From: Callorhinchus milii
Lineage: Eukaryota
Direction: 5' to 3'
Length of the DNA: 64,000 nt
Assembly: GCF_018977255.1 (NCBI RefSeq)
Contig: NW_024704742.1
Location: 9,426,001 to 9,490,000 of the forward strand
Made by a program: the position numbers and the translations under genes. Positions 1 through 12,584 of the stretch are shown here, piece by piece. Under the pieces are notes generated by a model that saw only the letters and a list, made by a program, of their open reading frames with translations, did no database searches and was not told where the DNA came from. The stretch's first letter is position 1, and every line of letters begins with the position of its first letter.

Positions 1-384
1 ACTCTGAGACACTACCCTGCATGAGAGGTGCTATGTAAATGCAAGTTGTTGTTGTTGTCCCCATCAGCCAATTTAAAATCTGTATGTATGTTTTCCCCTT
101 GACTAGTCCCCTTGACATCAGTTTAAAACCATGACGAGGCAAGAAAAAAATTATTTCCTTTTACCTTCTGCATTGACCAGCATCTCAACAGCTTCACAGT
201 AGTTGTTGTCAAATGTAGTAGCATTTGGTTTTTGTAGGCAAGTGTAGTATCTGCTTTATGTCAGCCAAGTCTGTGAGTTCAAAGTCCTGATATTAAACCC
301 AAAACCTTCTAACTTCACAGCCGAGAGAGCTATCTACTGAGCCAAGCTGACAGGCATGGAATAGATGTAAACGAATGTACTTGT

Positions 385-760
385 AATAATAATCCTTGCA
401 TTTAATATAGCGCCTTATCACATCTTTGAGATGTCTCAAAGCGCTTCACAAAATATAATAATAATCCTTGCATTTGATGTACTGTAAAGTGAATTGACTG
501 TTTATTTTGTGGGTGAAACACAGAAGCCAATAGTGCACAGCAGTGTCCCACAAACAGTTGTGGATTGAGCGACCAATTTTTAAAAAAAGAAACGATTAAC
601 CCCCGGAAAAGTGATCCGCCAATCGACTAACAACCGGGTTCCGACATACTGCTAGGTGTGGGGTAAGGAAACTTGCCCAACGTTTCGCCCCGTCAGGAAT
701 CCAACCCAGGTCCTCAAGCTTGTGAGGCGAGTGCTCTAACCATTGAGCTACAAGATCCCA
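385..760 (-). mobile_element. tRNA-Ala-derived SINE, long subfamily
   Basis: On the minus strand: A-box/B-box tRNA-like head ending near 760, middle segment, shared 3' domain and (TTA)n tail at about 385; small tail duplication at about 455-480. Confidence 0.85.
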
Positions 761-879
761 CTTGCACAAGACGTCTCCTGAGCCACACATGCCTGTAGCC
801 CCAATGTGTTTCTTTGAAGTAGGACAGTTCAACAGTGGTTGTTTAAAGTTTTTAATAAAATTTGTTCGAATGTATGTGT

Positions 880-1190
880 TCCACAGATGTATATTTGGCT
901 GCTGCCTATCAGATCTCTATCCGCCTTACCATCAGTGGGCAGGCTTTCAGCTATTCTGCTGCCCTCTCCCTCTATGGAACACCATACTGGAGTCTCTCCA
1001 ACTCATTCCTGCCCTCTCCTAGTTCAAGGCATATCTCAAAACGTATCTCTTTGACATCGCTTTTAGACATCTTTCTCCTCACCACCTCCCACCTGAGCTC
1101 AGATACCCAATCCAGCATTGTTAAGCACGTTAAGATGCCCTCCCAACATGAAAGGTGCTGTAGAAATGTAAAGTGTATGGGCTTGCTGCT
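880..1190 (+). mobile_element. degenerate L2 LINE 3' fragment
   Basis: Encodes a decayed PTIGGRAFS..AP.LWN-type C-terminus; ends with the tail variant GATGCCCTCCCAACATGAAAGGTGCTGTAGAAATG. Confidence 0.7.
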
Positions 1191-1584
1191 TCCTCTCAAT
1201 ATCAAGTTAATTGTGAATGTGACATTCGGGTTGATCAAAGCCCAGTTGTGTTCCACTGAGCCAAGGTTGTCTCTGTGGTTTGGCCAAAATGTGGATTGTA
1301 CACAAAATATCTGCAGTAAAATATTTGTTGCAACAAAGTCGAGAACGTTTCTGTTTTATTGTGAACAAAATGTACTGTCATTCCCTGCAGTTAAAGCTAA
1401 ACTCCCAGTTAGTCAGTGGATATGTATCAAGGTGTAGTAAACTACATTAGCGGTATGCATTCTGCTCTGATATTTGAATTTAATTTGTGTACTGCTTCTA
1501 ATTCATTGCATTTTTTATCAGAACGTTAGTTTGTCCAATTATTTGACTAACTTTTTTCCTTCTATTATATGCGTCTCTGCTTCC

Positions 1585-1780
1585 TGCACCTTGTTCCCTG
1601 TCTCTCTGACCTCCTTACTTCTCTGTATCTGACCTCCGCACTCTCTGTCTCTCTGACCTCCTGACTCTGTCTCTCTGATCTCCTTGCTCTTTGTCTCTCT
1701 GATCGCCTCATTCTCTGTCTCTCTGACCTTTTCACTCTCTGTCTCCCTGACTGCTTCATTCTCTGTCTCTCTGATCTCCT
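1585..1780. repeat. CT-rich minisatellite, about 24-bp unit around TCTCTGTCTCTCTGACC
   Basis: Directly visible imperfect tandem copies; explains the RRSERQ ORF at 1565-1807. Confidence 0.85.
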
Positions 1781-2209
1781 TACGCCCCCAAAATATTTTT
1801 TGCCCACAGAGTGAGTAGTAGAAGCTCTCTGGTAAGGTATTATCTGCCTGTTCGGGTGAATGTTACATATCCCATGGCACTAATTGAAAAGAGAAGTGTT
1901 TCTGCCACCAATGTTCCAGATAAATTGGTTGTCCCTTCCACTATCATGGCTGTTTATTGTTTCTACTGTGGCTAAAACGGCTGTTGTGTTTGTCTCCAAA
2001 TTGACAATTACTCCACTTCACAAGACATTTTAATATTGTAGGTGCTACATCAGATGCATCAAATTTATTATCAAGCTCCTCTATATTATCTGTAGGATAA
2101 ACATTTGAAGCACCTCCTAAGAATGCAAGGCATTAGCAAATGGGGTTGTGAGGAAGAATAAATTGAGGGTTACAAAGAACGGACAGAATGTAAACAGGCC
2201 ACTCGGTCA

Positions 2210-2470
2210 AACAACGACAACAGCAAAATTAGTTTTGTATAGCGCCTTTCACGTCGGGAGGACGTCCCAAGGTGCTGGAGTTTGGGGTTGGGGAGAGTGG
2301 AGGGCAGGTGGGGAAGCAGGGAGATCGAAAGCATGATCGAAGAGGAGGGTCTTGAGGTGGATCTTGAAGTTTGCAAGGGAGGGAGCGAGTCACAGGCATT
2401 GCAGGATGGAGTTCCAGAAGGTGGGGGCAGAGAGATGGAAGGCCCGCCTGCCAATAGCGGAGCGAGCAAG
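2210..2470 (-). mobile_element. L2 LINE 3' fragment
   Basis: Reverse complement of the tail stem-loop (CGCCTTTCACGTCGGGAGGACGTCCCAAGG) next to a CAA-type tail, plus RT C-terminal sequence. Confidence 0.85.
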
Positions 2471-2725
2471 TCAATTCTAGTGTTTATGCTCCACACAAGT
2501 CTTCACCCATTCCTTACTCCCTCCCACACCCTTCTATTCCCCTCCCCAACGTGAAGGTCTAGCTTTCTCTTGAAAGCACCTACACTATCTGATTCAACCA
2601 TTGATTCAGGCAGCGAGCTCCACTACTCTCTGCGTTAAATAGTTCCTCTTAAATTCTCTTTAAGATCCCCAAGTTGCTATCTTATATTTGTTAAATAATG
2701 ATAATATTTGCATTTGATATAATGT

Positions 2726-3937
2726 CCAGGGCTCTCTCTGCCTCCTCGTCCTCCTTGACCTCTCTGCTGCTTTTGACACCATCGACCACTCTATCCTCAT
2801 CCACCACCTCTCCTCTCACTTAACCTCCATGGTGCTGTCCTTGATTGGTTCAAATCATACCTCTCACACTGCCTGCACTTCTCCTCTTGCCTCTGGACAT
2901 CTTGTGTGGCGTTCCTCAGGGCTCTGTCCTTGGTCCCCTACTTTTCAATATCTATATGCTCCCTCTTGGTGACATCATCTGCAGACATGGGGGTCAACTT
3001 TCACATGTATGAGGATAATACCCAACTCTATCTCTCTGCCTCCACCCTTGACTCCAGGACCACTGCTGTGCTGACAGAATGTCTGTCGGACATCAAGTCC
3101 TGGATGAGAGCTAACTTTTTTCAGTTGAACATCGACAAGACCGAGGCTCTCCTGATTGGCTCCCGTCAGCACCTCCTCACCTCAGGCTCTGACAGCATCA
3201 CCATCCATGGATGCACACTCCACCTTACTAAGTCGGCCGGAACCTTGAGGTCTTGTTTGACCCTCAACTATCCTTTCTACCCCATATCTGTGCCATGACC
3301 CGCTCTGCCTTCCCCCACCTCCGCAACATCGCCCGGCTCCGTCACTGTCTCACACCACAGGCTCCCAAAACCTTGATACATGCTTTCATTACATCAAGGC
3401 TCAACTATGCAAACTCACTGCTTGTTGGCCTCCCCAACTCCACCCTCCGTAGGCTGCAGATCATCCAGAACTCTGCAGCCTGTGTCCTCTCCACTGGCTT
3501 CCCATCACACAGAGGATACAGTTCAAGATCTTGGTCCTCAACATCAAAGTCCACCATGGTCTTGCTCCCCCCTACCTCTCTGACCTCCTAAACCCCTACC
3601 ACCCTGTTCACTCCCCCTGCTCAGCAGGCTCTGGTCTGCTTCATGTCCCCCACCTTGCTTGCCCCATTATTGGCGGATGGGCCTTCCGCCACTCTGCCCC
3701 CACCCTCTGGAACTTCATCCCACAGTACCTCCATCTCGCTCCCTCCCCCGCCATCTTCAAGACCTACCTCAAGCCCCACCTCTTCGACCGTGCTGTCGAT
3801 TTCCCTGCTTCCCCCCCTGCCCTCCACCCTCCCCCACTCCGACCCTCAGCTCGGGTCCATAACAATGTCTGTCTAGCGCCTTGGGACATCCTCCCGATGT
3901 GAAAGGCACTATACAAATGTAGTTTTGTTGTTATTGT
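2726..3937 (+). mobile_element. 5'-truncated L2 LINE (RT C-terminal half, frameshifted)
   Basis: Pieces include [21 protein letters not shown] (decayed YADD), [12 protein letters not shown] and HAFITSRLNYANSLL; ends in the L2 tail stem-loop and (TTG)n. Confidence 0.92.
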
Positions 3938-3944
3938 TTCACTT

Positions 3945-4750
3945 AAGGAGGATGTCTCAAAGAACTTCATAGGATTTATTGTTAAGTAAACCTGTGTATT
4001 TTGTAGGTGAATGTGACAGCTAATTTCTGCACAGCAAAACCCCTCAAACAGCCACAATGTGAATGACCCAATTTTATCTAGGAGATTGTTGACCAAGACA
4101 CCACATGAGACTCACTTTGTTGTCAAGTAGTGTGAAGGGATCTTTAACATCCACTTGAACAGTTGACTGGGTCCTCAGTTTAACGTCTCATCCAAAAGAC
4201 AACATTTCCAGGAAGGGTACTTGAGGCCTAGACCGTGGGCTTAATTAAAACATCAACATCTTGCACTTATATAGCACCCTCCGCACAGGGTAACGTCTCA
4301 GATCGCTTAACAGTGGTGGAGCTTGACTCCATGCCAGAGTTGGGGGGAGGTGCCCTTAAGCATGGTTGAAAACAAAGACAGGACTTGAAAAAGGGGAGAG
4401 AGGGGGAAGGTGGAGGGGTTGAGGGAGAATGTTGCAGAGTTTCGTAGCAATGTGGGTGACTGCACGACCTCCAATGTTGGAGCGGAGGGCACGAGGGACA
4501 AGCAGGAGGTTGGTACCAGTCAAGTGTAGCTTGATGCTTTGATGGGAGAACTATAGGGTGGTATTTTGGAAGGATGAGATCAGATGACATCAAAGGGCTT
4601 TCTTCATCCCAACACATCTTGTGACCATGAACAAAGTAGCACTGAATTGGAGTGTCAGCCTAGACTGTGTGAATTTCGACGTGAGTTTTGAGCCCACAAC
4701 CTTCTAATTCACAAGCGAGAGTGTTATTGACTGAGCTTGGCTGACACACA
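3945..4750 (-). mobile_element. Deu-type SINE interrupted by an L2-related 3' fragment at about 4255-4510
   Basis: GGGATCTTTAACATCCACTTGAACAG...CTCAGTTTAACGTCTCATCC is the reverse complement of the Deu-like domain; tRNA-like head at about 4690-4747. Confidence 0.65.
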
Positions 4751-5094
4751 CTGTAAGTTTTTAAAGGGATACGTTTTTAAGAGGGTTTTGAAGATGAGGA
4801 GAGAGAGAGAGTGTAAGGCGAATGGACTCGGGGCGGTGTATTTAAGTTAGGGACGAGCAGAAGGACCTGAGTAACCTTCACATTTAATGCAGAGTCACAT
4901 CCTGTCAGTCCCACACAGCGAGATAAAATATGGTCTCGTTTACACATTATGACAGATGTATGTAAATAAATGACTGATCTGGCTGGGAAGAAGTCTGCTG
5001 CAGTTTTTAGCATTTAATGGGGAAATGGGTATGGGGTGCAATGGTGCTTCAGCAGAAACCCACTTGGCACCTCAGATTCATTGACTTCTTCAGT

Positions 5095-5325
5095 ACAGGA
5101 GGCCATTCAGCCCTTGTCCTGGCTGGCTCTGTGACAAAGCTATCCATTTAGCCCCACTCCCTGTCATTTCCACAGAATCTTTGACATTGTTCTCTCTCAG
5201 ATGTTTCTCTAATTCCCTTTTAAAAGCTATTACGGATTCTGCTTCAACCAGCGCTTGTTTGATCGGGCTTTCCCCACGCTGATTACCCTCTGTATAAAAT
5301 AAATTCTCTTAACCTCTCCTCCTTT
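5095..5325 (-). mobile_element. degenerate CR1 LINE 3' fragment
   Basis: ACAGGAGGCCATTCAGCCC...AATTCCCTTTTAAAAGCTATT...GCTTCAACC matches the reverse complement of the CR1 3' ends at 14216 and 39680. Confidence 0.65.
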
Positions 5326-6003
5326 GTTGTTTTTCTCGGAGCTCACTCTTGACTTGGGTTCATTTCAGCAGAGATTGTAACCAAGAATCATGAATGTTTC
5401 ATAGGATTTGAGTAATGGTAATGTTGTATCAAAGTTTCTTATTCGCTTGTTCACCTCTGGCATAGAGAGTGAAGGAGGGGGAAATATATAATAATGCATA
5501 TCAAGTAAAGAGAAAATTCTGCAATTCCAGTATCACAAGCCTAATATTGGGTCTCCATTTGTAAATCTTATACCTTCAGCTCCTATGATGTGTGGAGTTG
5601 CGGGAAGGAATGCAGTATGTGATGTGATTATGATCACTGATAATAAAGTTCATATATCTCATTGCCTCAAACTTCGCGCCCCCAATTCTCCCAGCCCATT
5701 TAGGTAGCAACCAAAATCCAGGCGCATAATAGTAAGACAAAGAGCGAGTTGTAGGGAGAAGTCACCATCATGTACATATCACCCTCAATAGCTGTTCCTA
5801 GTGAATTGAATACAGCAGTGTTATTTTCGGGTCAGAGAGAGAGAGAGCAGTTAGTGGAAGAACTTTCCTATCCTGCTTTATGGTTTTGCCTGAATGCCTC
5901 AGTTGCTTTACTCTCTTGTAATCAGCAAGTATGATCAAGAATTCTTTGTTTAGATGCCACAAGGTGGAAAGAAAAGCAAGAGCTTGAAAATGCTTCATAC
6001 ACT

Positions 6004-6290
6004 CAACAATAACAACAACAAGATTCCATTTATTGAGCGCCTTTCACGTCGGGAGGACGTCCCAAGGCGCTGTACAGTTGGGTCAGGACCCGAGCAGGGG
6101 GGAAATGGTCAGCGTGAGGGGAGGGAAGGGAGGGAGCGAGGAGGGGGTAGAGAGTCGAGAGGGGAGCTGAAGGCACGGTCAAAGAGAAAGGTCTTGAGAC
6201 TGGCCTTGAAGGAGGAAAGGGAGGAAGCAAGGCGAAGGCATTGGGGGATAGAGTTCCAGAGCCTAGGGGCTGAGAGGCTGAAGGCGGTTT
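6004..6290 (-). mobile_element. young L2 LINE 3' fragment
   Basis: Near-identical to the 3' end of the full-length L2; (CAA)n tail, stem-loop, and intact WNSIPQCLRLASSLSSFK frame. Confidence 0.92.
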
Positions 6291-7084
6291 GATAAAATCA
6301 TACTGGAAGTCCACGGTACTAGGAGCTAGAGGACTGCATAGAATTACATCGTTTGTGGGACGCTGCTGTGCGCAATTGGCTGCTGCGTTTAGCTCATAAA
6401 ATATACTGTCAAATCACTTTACAGGATATTCTGGGAAGCGCTTTGAGACGTCTTGAAGATGTGATAAGGCGCTATATCAAATGCAACGATTATTATCATT
6501 ATAAATTATAGCCTTTTTGGCTCAGCTAATCTGGGCTGATGTTTAATTCTCCACTCAAGGCCCCACCCCTCCTATTCCCCTCTCCTATTCCCCTCTTTTC
6601 CAATCTCCTTCATAAATACTCAGTCTGAATTGAACTTTGCTGTCAAATCCTGGAGTCTTCAAAGTCTAAAGGCTATTTTCAAAACTGCTATGTCCTTACC
6701 CACAGAAAATACAAGATGTAGAACTTTTCCTTTCCAATCAGTGTTTGCGAATCGATACACAGTGAGGCACCTTGTGTAAATGCACAGGCACTACACCTTA
6801 CAGTAAATGCTGTGAATGGCTTTGAGATATTTTGACAACTTAATAAGGCACTGTTTCAAATACATGGATTATTTCAGCCTCTATGTTTTGACCCTCTAGA
6901 ACTCCCTGCCTGCATCTCTTCATCATGTCATCTCCTTGCCAGTCTTCAAATCACACCTGAAGACTTTCCTCTTCAATCATGCCTATGATCACCTCCCCTT
7001 GTCCACAGTTCAGCATCAAACTCCACCATTGTTAAATGCTGGGAGCCACTACCTCACTTAAAGGGCACTATACCCCTGTGAATT

Positions 7085-7405
7085 CCTGCAGCGCCTGCCA
7101 AGTGAGAGGACCTGGGTTCGATTCCCGGCAGGGGGAAAAGTTTCCTTACTCCACGTGCCTCTGTTTACCTAGCAGTAAGTAGGAACCCGGGTGCTAACTA
7201 GATTGGTGGATCATTTGTAATAATTCCTTGAAAAAAAATTGATCCCTCAATCCACGACTGTTTGTGGGACACTGCTGTGTGCAATTGGCTGTCATGTTTC
7301 GCCCATAAAATATACAGTTAATTCACTTGACTGCGAAATGCTTTGAGACGTCTCGAAGATGTGATAAGGCTCTAGATCAAATGCAAAGATTATTACGATT
7401 ATTAT
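7085..7405 (+). mobile_element. tRNA-derived SINE, long subfamily (5' degraded)
   Basis: B-box GGTTCGATTCC, middle CTGTTTACCTAGCAGTAAGTAGG, shared 3' domain and tail. Confidence 0.85.
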
Positions 7406-8057
7406 TACATATCAATGCAATTGTATTATAATCGTGGAGTGAAATTGGATGGGGGGGCGCGGTTGTGGTGGAGTAGTCGGGTGGGGTTGGGTGGCATTGG
7501 ATTGGGATAAGGGTTAACAAACTCTCCACCGTCCATGAGCAAAATATTTGCAAACGAAAACTGTTGTTCTGAAAGAAAACAAGCCTCCGCGAATGTGCTA
7601 ACAGCAAAATAGTAAATATTTTTCTAAAACTTCAAATACATTAACCATGACATTTTGTAAAAAATAACATTCAGTAAAGTTTAGAAAGTCAACTGTTGTA
7701 TGTTGTAAAGTTCCATAATATTCCATCAACTGTTATTAGAAAGAAAAACTCTCGGTGCGAGAGACGCATGTAGGAGTGGTCAGCCTTTGCAGAGACTTTC
7801 TTTTTACTAAGCAACATAAGATGCTGACTATGAAAAGCATTTTATTATTTGTCTCCAGGTGGAACTCACTCGGTGGAATCTAATAGAGCACATCGAAGCA
7901 GGCAGACATAACGTTTGACTATCTTTCAATGACCTATTGTTCTTGGTCTCAGTGTTAGAGACATGAATGTATCTCTTCATCTTTGTCTTCATCAAGATGG
8001 GTGGCTCTAGGTAACACATTCACTTTTGAGATCACACAGCTGATGATTGCTTTTGTG

Positions 8058-8420
8058 CAGTCCTGTAGCTGAGTGATTAGAGTTTGCCTCACAAGCGAGA
8101 GACCTGGGTTTGATTCCCGGGCAGGGCGAAACATTGGGCAAGTTTCTTTACTCCAAACATCTCTGTTTACCTAGCAGGAAACTGGTTGTTAATCGATTGG
8201 TGGATTATATTTCCGGGGTAATAATTGCTTCAAAAAAAAATAATTTGGTCACTCAATCCACGACTGTTTGTGTGACACTGCTGTGCAAAATTGGATGCCA
8301 CGTTTCGCCCACAAAATATATATCAATTCACTTTACAATATATTCTGTGAAGTGCTTTGAGACGTCTCGACGATGTGATAAGGCGCTATATCAAATGCAA
8401 GGATTATTGGATTATTATTG
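8058..8420 (+). mobile_element. tRNA-derived SINE, long subfamily
   Basis: GTCCTGTAGCTGAGTGATTAGAG head through to ATCAAATGCAAGGATTATT tail. Confidence 0.88.
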
Positions 8421-8789
8421 TTGCTGTAAGACGTGTACCTTGCCCCTATTTGATAAGGAGAGGAGCTCCTCCGGGCGTTCTGGCCAACAATCCCTCACAT
8501 AAAAATTGATCATTCATTTCATGGCTGTTAGTGGGTCATCCCTGCGCGCAAATTGACTGCCATATTTTCCTTTACCGACGAGAGTGCTGCCAGCCAGTGA
8601 GTGAGCTAGCTTGACAGGGTAATAAAGCATGCAACTTAAATCAAAGTTACAGCGCAACAGACATAATAGATCAAATGGCTACTTGCATACTGAAAGTTCC
8701 TGTGTTGTGTTCAGTGCTCCAAGATGATACCCCACGTGAAGGGCATTATATAAATACAAGCTGTTATTATTGTCAACGTTGCCGCACTT

Positions 8790-9072
8790 CAGGTGAGACA
8801 TTAAACTGAGGTCCCGTCTGCCTGTTGAGATGGATGTTAAAGGTTCCATGACACTCTTCAAAAACAGACAGGAGTTTCTCCTGGTGTCCTGGACAACAAT
8901 CCCCTAGATAAAATTGATCATTCACTTCATGACTGTTTATGGGACATTGCTATGTGCAAATTGATTGACATATTCACCTACAAATACACAGTCACTACAC
9001 TTTACTGTAAGCCATCGCTTTTGAAACATTTTGATGTTGTGATAAGATGCTATGTGAAATGCAAGGATTATT
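8790..9072 (+). mobile_element. Deu-type (SacSINE1-like) SINE fragment
   Basis: GAGACATTAAACTGAGGTCCCGTCTGCCTG...GGATGTTAAAGGTTCCATG...GGTGTCCTGG resembles the Deu domain as I recall it; shared 3' tail. Confidence 0.75.
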
Positions 9073-10192
9073 TTAAAATCTTTTGAAAGGGAGAATTAAA
9101 AAAAAGCTGGGAAATCTCCAGTTGAACAACAACAACAACTTGCAGTTATATAGGGCCCTTCATGCGGGAAAACTTCCCAGAGCATTTGAACATACCCCCC
9201 CATGCCACATAGAAGATGCACTAAAGGACTTCCACTGGAAACACTGCCCTGATGTGAATAGAAAGCAGCAGCTTGAGAAAGGAAAGACAACTTTGGACCA
9301 GCACATGATTCGGAGGAATTCAACTTGTAAAATAAACTGCTTCCCTGTGTGTGTTGTGTTAACGATAACTTTGCCAACGCAAGTATAAACATTATAAAAT
9401 GAGGCTAAGCTAAAGTAAAACCACAAGATCCACCAAACAATGTAGTTGAGTACACAGCGACAGAGGCAGCCGGCTGCCTGATGGCACTGAAACTTTCTCA
9501 AGAGATCATGACGCATGCTATACTGCCCCCTTTCTAACCAGAGGCAGCACAGTCAGAGTTGAATGCTTTATAGTCCCAGTAAAATTGAAACTGGGTGTGG
9601 TTGTTGGAGAAGATGCCTGGAATGCGGGAGATTGTGATCAAATGCAGTGAGTGGAACATGTGAATGAAACTGACTGCTATCTTTGCAGCTCTGAGTGTTT
9701 ACCTAATTGAAACAAAAATAGTGCAGCTATGGCTGTTCCTTTCCCTGTTGCCTCCATTAGGAAATTACATGGCTGGAGCACTGTGTGCAGTTCTGCTCAT
9801 TACGGCAGCAGGGGGGTGGGGGAGCCGGGGGGGAGGGCAGCAAGGGGAGTCGAGGGCTAGAGGTGGTGCAGTGGAGAGCAACTAAACTGAACCTGGTGTT
9901 AGAAGGATGAGCTATAAGGAACGATAAAGCAAAGGACGCTGGAGACATCTCAGTGGAACATTATAGGGTATATAAGATGCTAATGAAATTAAATTGGCAA
10001 ATCCAAAACAATGCTTTCAAATATGCCAAGGCAATACGTTGAGGGCAAAGGTTCACTGCTTTTGTTTTAATCAGCCGGGTGCCTGATACATACAAAAAAA
10101 ATCATCGCCATGCTTAACACAGGAAATGCTGGATGAAAAAAGACCAAGGTCTATTGAGTTAGCCTTCTATCATCCTGAACATACTAGACTTG

Positions 10193-10442
10193 TCATAAAC
10201 ATAGAAGTCGCTGGGAATACGCAACAGGTCAGGCAGCATCTATGGCGAGAGGAAAATTAGTTAACGTTTCAGGTCTATGACCTTTCGTCAGACCTGTTCA
10301 GAACAGTTCTGATAAAAGGTCATAGACCTGAAACGTTAACTCATTTTCCTCTCATCTTGAATGCTGCCTAACCTGCTGAAGGTTCCCAGCGACTTCTGTG
10401 TTTATACCAGATTTCCAGCACCTTCAGTACTTTGACTTTCGT
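10193..10442. mobile_element. short palindromic Penelope-like-derived element with hammerhead-like motifs
   Basis: Inverted arms of about 95 bp centred on CTGTTC-A-GAACAG at about 10300; flanked by the 12-bp direct repeat ATACTAGACTTG (10181-10192 and 10443-10454). Confidence 0.75.
10259..10295 (-). ncRNA. minimal type I hammerhead-like motif
   Basis: Minus strand reads CTGACGA-A-AGGTC-ATA-GACCT-GAAA-CGTT-AACT; the core boxes are intact and stem I has one mismatch. Confidence 0.5.
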
Positions 10443-10800
10443 ATACTAGACTTGCCAAATGTCATGACTTAAATTACTTCTGTCACCTACACATGGAAAT
10501 TTTCCTGTGTCTGGAATGCAATGCACATTCCCTCTCTGAAGAGACACACCCTGCATACCTAATTCCGGACAGTATTTGGCAAGAGCCAAGGCTTGGGTAT
10601 TGCTCAAGTTTAACCAGCTAAAACCACATAACGTGCCAATGCAAAGGTGATTAGGCAAGTTTCCCACTACTTGAATCAGTCTACACATTAGACCATGAGC
10701 AATTTGCATATCCTGCACCAACCCACTTCCATGTGCTCCACTGCCTTTATCAGAGTTTTAGATCTTTTACCCCCTCTTCCTATCCTTGATACCAGATTGT

Positions 10801-11240
10801 GGAGTCCTGTAGCTTAGTGGATAGAGCACTCACATCGCAAGCCAGAGGACCCTGGGTTTGATTCCCAGGCAAGGCGAAACATTGGGCAAGTTTCCTTACT
10901 CCACATGCCTCTATTTACGTAGCAGTAAATAGGAAACCGGTTGTTAGTCGATTGGTGGATCGCTTTTGCGAGGGTAATAATCCCTTTAATTTAAAAAAAA
11001 ATGTCCTCCCGACGTGAAAGACGCTATACAGATGTAATTTTGTTGTTGCTGTTATAATAATAATTTGGTCACTCAATCCACGACCAAATTTGTGGGACGC
11101 TGCTGTGTGCAATTGGCTTCCACATTTTGCCCACAAAACGTACAGTCAATTTGCTTTACAGTATATCCTGTGAAGCGCGTTGAGACGTCTTGAAGATGTG
11201 ATAAGGCGCGATATCAAATGCAAGGATTATTATTATTATT
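10801..11240 (+). mobile_element. tRNA-derived SINE, long subfamily, with a short L2 tail fragment inserted at about 11001-11052
   Basis: Complete head, middle and tail; internal GTCCTCCCGACGTGAAAGACGCTATACAGATGTAATTTTGTTGTTG. Confidence 0.88.
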
Positions 11241-11329
11241 GTTCAGCTGTGGTGATACCATCTACCCCAAGTGGAGTAAAAACATAAATGTGATCATGTT
11301 TTTGCCTAACATGCCTGATGAATGTGTAG

Positions 11330-11640
11330 TAATAATAATCCTTGTATTTGATACAGAATCTTATTACATCATTGAAATGTTTCAAAGAGCTTTATGTAAA
11401 GTGTAGGTGAATGTGGCAGCTAATTTGTGCACTCCAGTATCCCACAAATAGCCGTGAAGCAAATGATCAGTTTTATCTCGGGGATTGTTGGCCAGGAAAC
11501 TGAGAGAAACTTCCTTCTCTTTTTGAACAGAGCCATAGAATCTTTAACGTCCACCTGAACAGGCCAACGGTTTAATGTCTCATCTGAAGGACGGCACTGC
11601 TGACAATGCAATGCTTCCCCCAGCATTGTATTGGGATCAT
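11330..11640 (-). mobile_element. Deu-type SINE
   Basis: Reverse complement of the Deu-like domain (TCTTTAACGTCCACCTGAACAGG...TTTAATGTCTCATCTGAAGGACGGCAC) and of the tail. Confidence 0.75.
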
Positions 11641-11674
11641 CTTAGAATAAGAGTCCAAAGCCAACTACTTAAGT

Positions 11675-11880
11675 TATGAAATACGAACAGAAGTCACTCA
11701 GAACGTGCAACATCTATGGAGAGAGGAAAGTGAGTTAGCGTTTCAGGTGGATGACCTTTCATCAGAAGCTTTCGGTAACTAATTTTCCTCTCTACATAGA
11801 TGCTACCTGACCTGCTGCGTGTTCCCAGTGACTTTTTTATTTTATTTCAGATTTGCAGCATCTGCGGTATTATGCCTTTT
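11675..11880. mobile_element. second copy of the palindromic element, partly deleted
   Basis: Shares CATCTATGGAGAGAGGAAA..GTTTCAGGT..ATGACCTTTCATCAG and TGCTACCTGACCTGCTG..TTCCCAG with 10193-10442. Confidence 0.75.
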
Positions 11881-11883
11881 GCA

Positions 11884-12192
11884 GAGTCCTGTAGCTCAGT
11901 GTTTAGAGCACTCGCCTGACAAGCGAGAGACCTGGATTCAATTCCTGGCAGGGCAAAACCTTGGGCAAATTTCCTTATTCCACACGACTAATAATAATCC
12001 CTCAAGATAAAATAAATAAATAAATAAATAAATTGGTCACTTCAACCCACGACTGTTTGTGGGACATTGCTGTGCGCAATTGGCTGCCACATTTCGCCCA
12101 CAAAATATACAGTCAATTCACTTTACAATATATTCTATGAAGCACTTTGAGATGCCTAGAAGACATGAAAATACTATATCAAATGCAAGGAT
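11884..12192 (+). mobile_element. tRNA-derived SINE, short subfamily
   Basis: Head GAGTCCTGTAGCTCAGTG; lacks the long middle segment; shared 3' domain. Confidence 0.85.
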
Positions 12193-12584
12193 TTTTTTTA
12201 CTTAAGTTAATGACTTGATTGTGTGATCTGATTTCAAGAATCAAATGTCCTCGGAGTATCTGATTTCAAGAGCTATGTCATTTAGCAACAGTTTCATAAG
12301 TTAACAATTCCTGATATGAATGTCAGGCTGAATCAGATTTATCCAACATGATAGTAAAATTATGGAGTTAGTCATAAGTTTTGCAATAGCAGAGTATCTC
12401 TTTATGAGAGTAGCTCTAGAAATCACTTTGTTTCCCTTTTTGTTTAAAAACTCTCTGACTTTTACATTGCTCCTGTTTACATTATTCTCATTGCTTTTCA
12501 CAACTGAGCATCACAAAGACAACAACTCCAATGAAACAGGGTGTCAGCACAAATGGACTCTCTATGTTGCAATTCATATATCAT

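Noticed and set aside
7859..8010. Exon-like segment bounded by TTTGTCTCCAG and AG|GTAAC
   Set aside because: Stop codons in all three frames and no other support; at most a non-coding exon.
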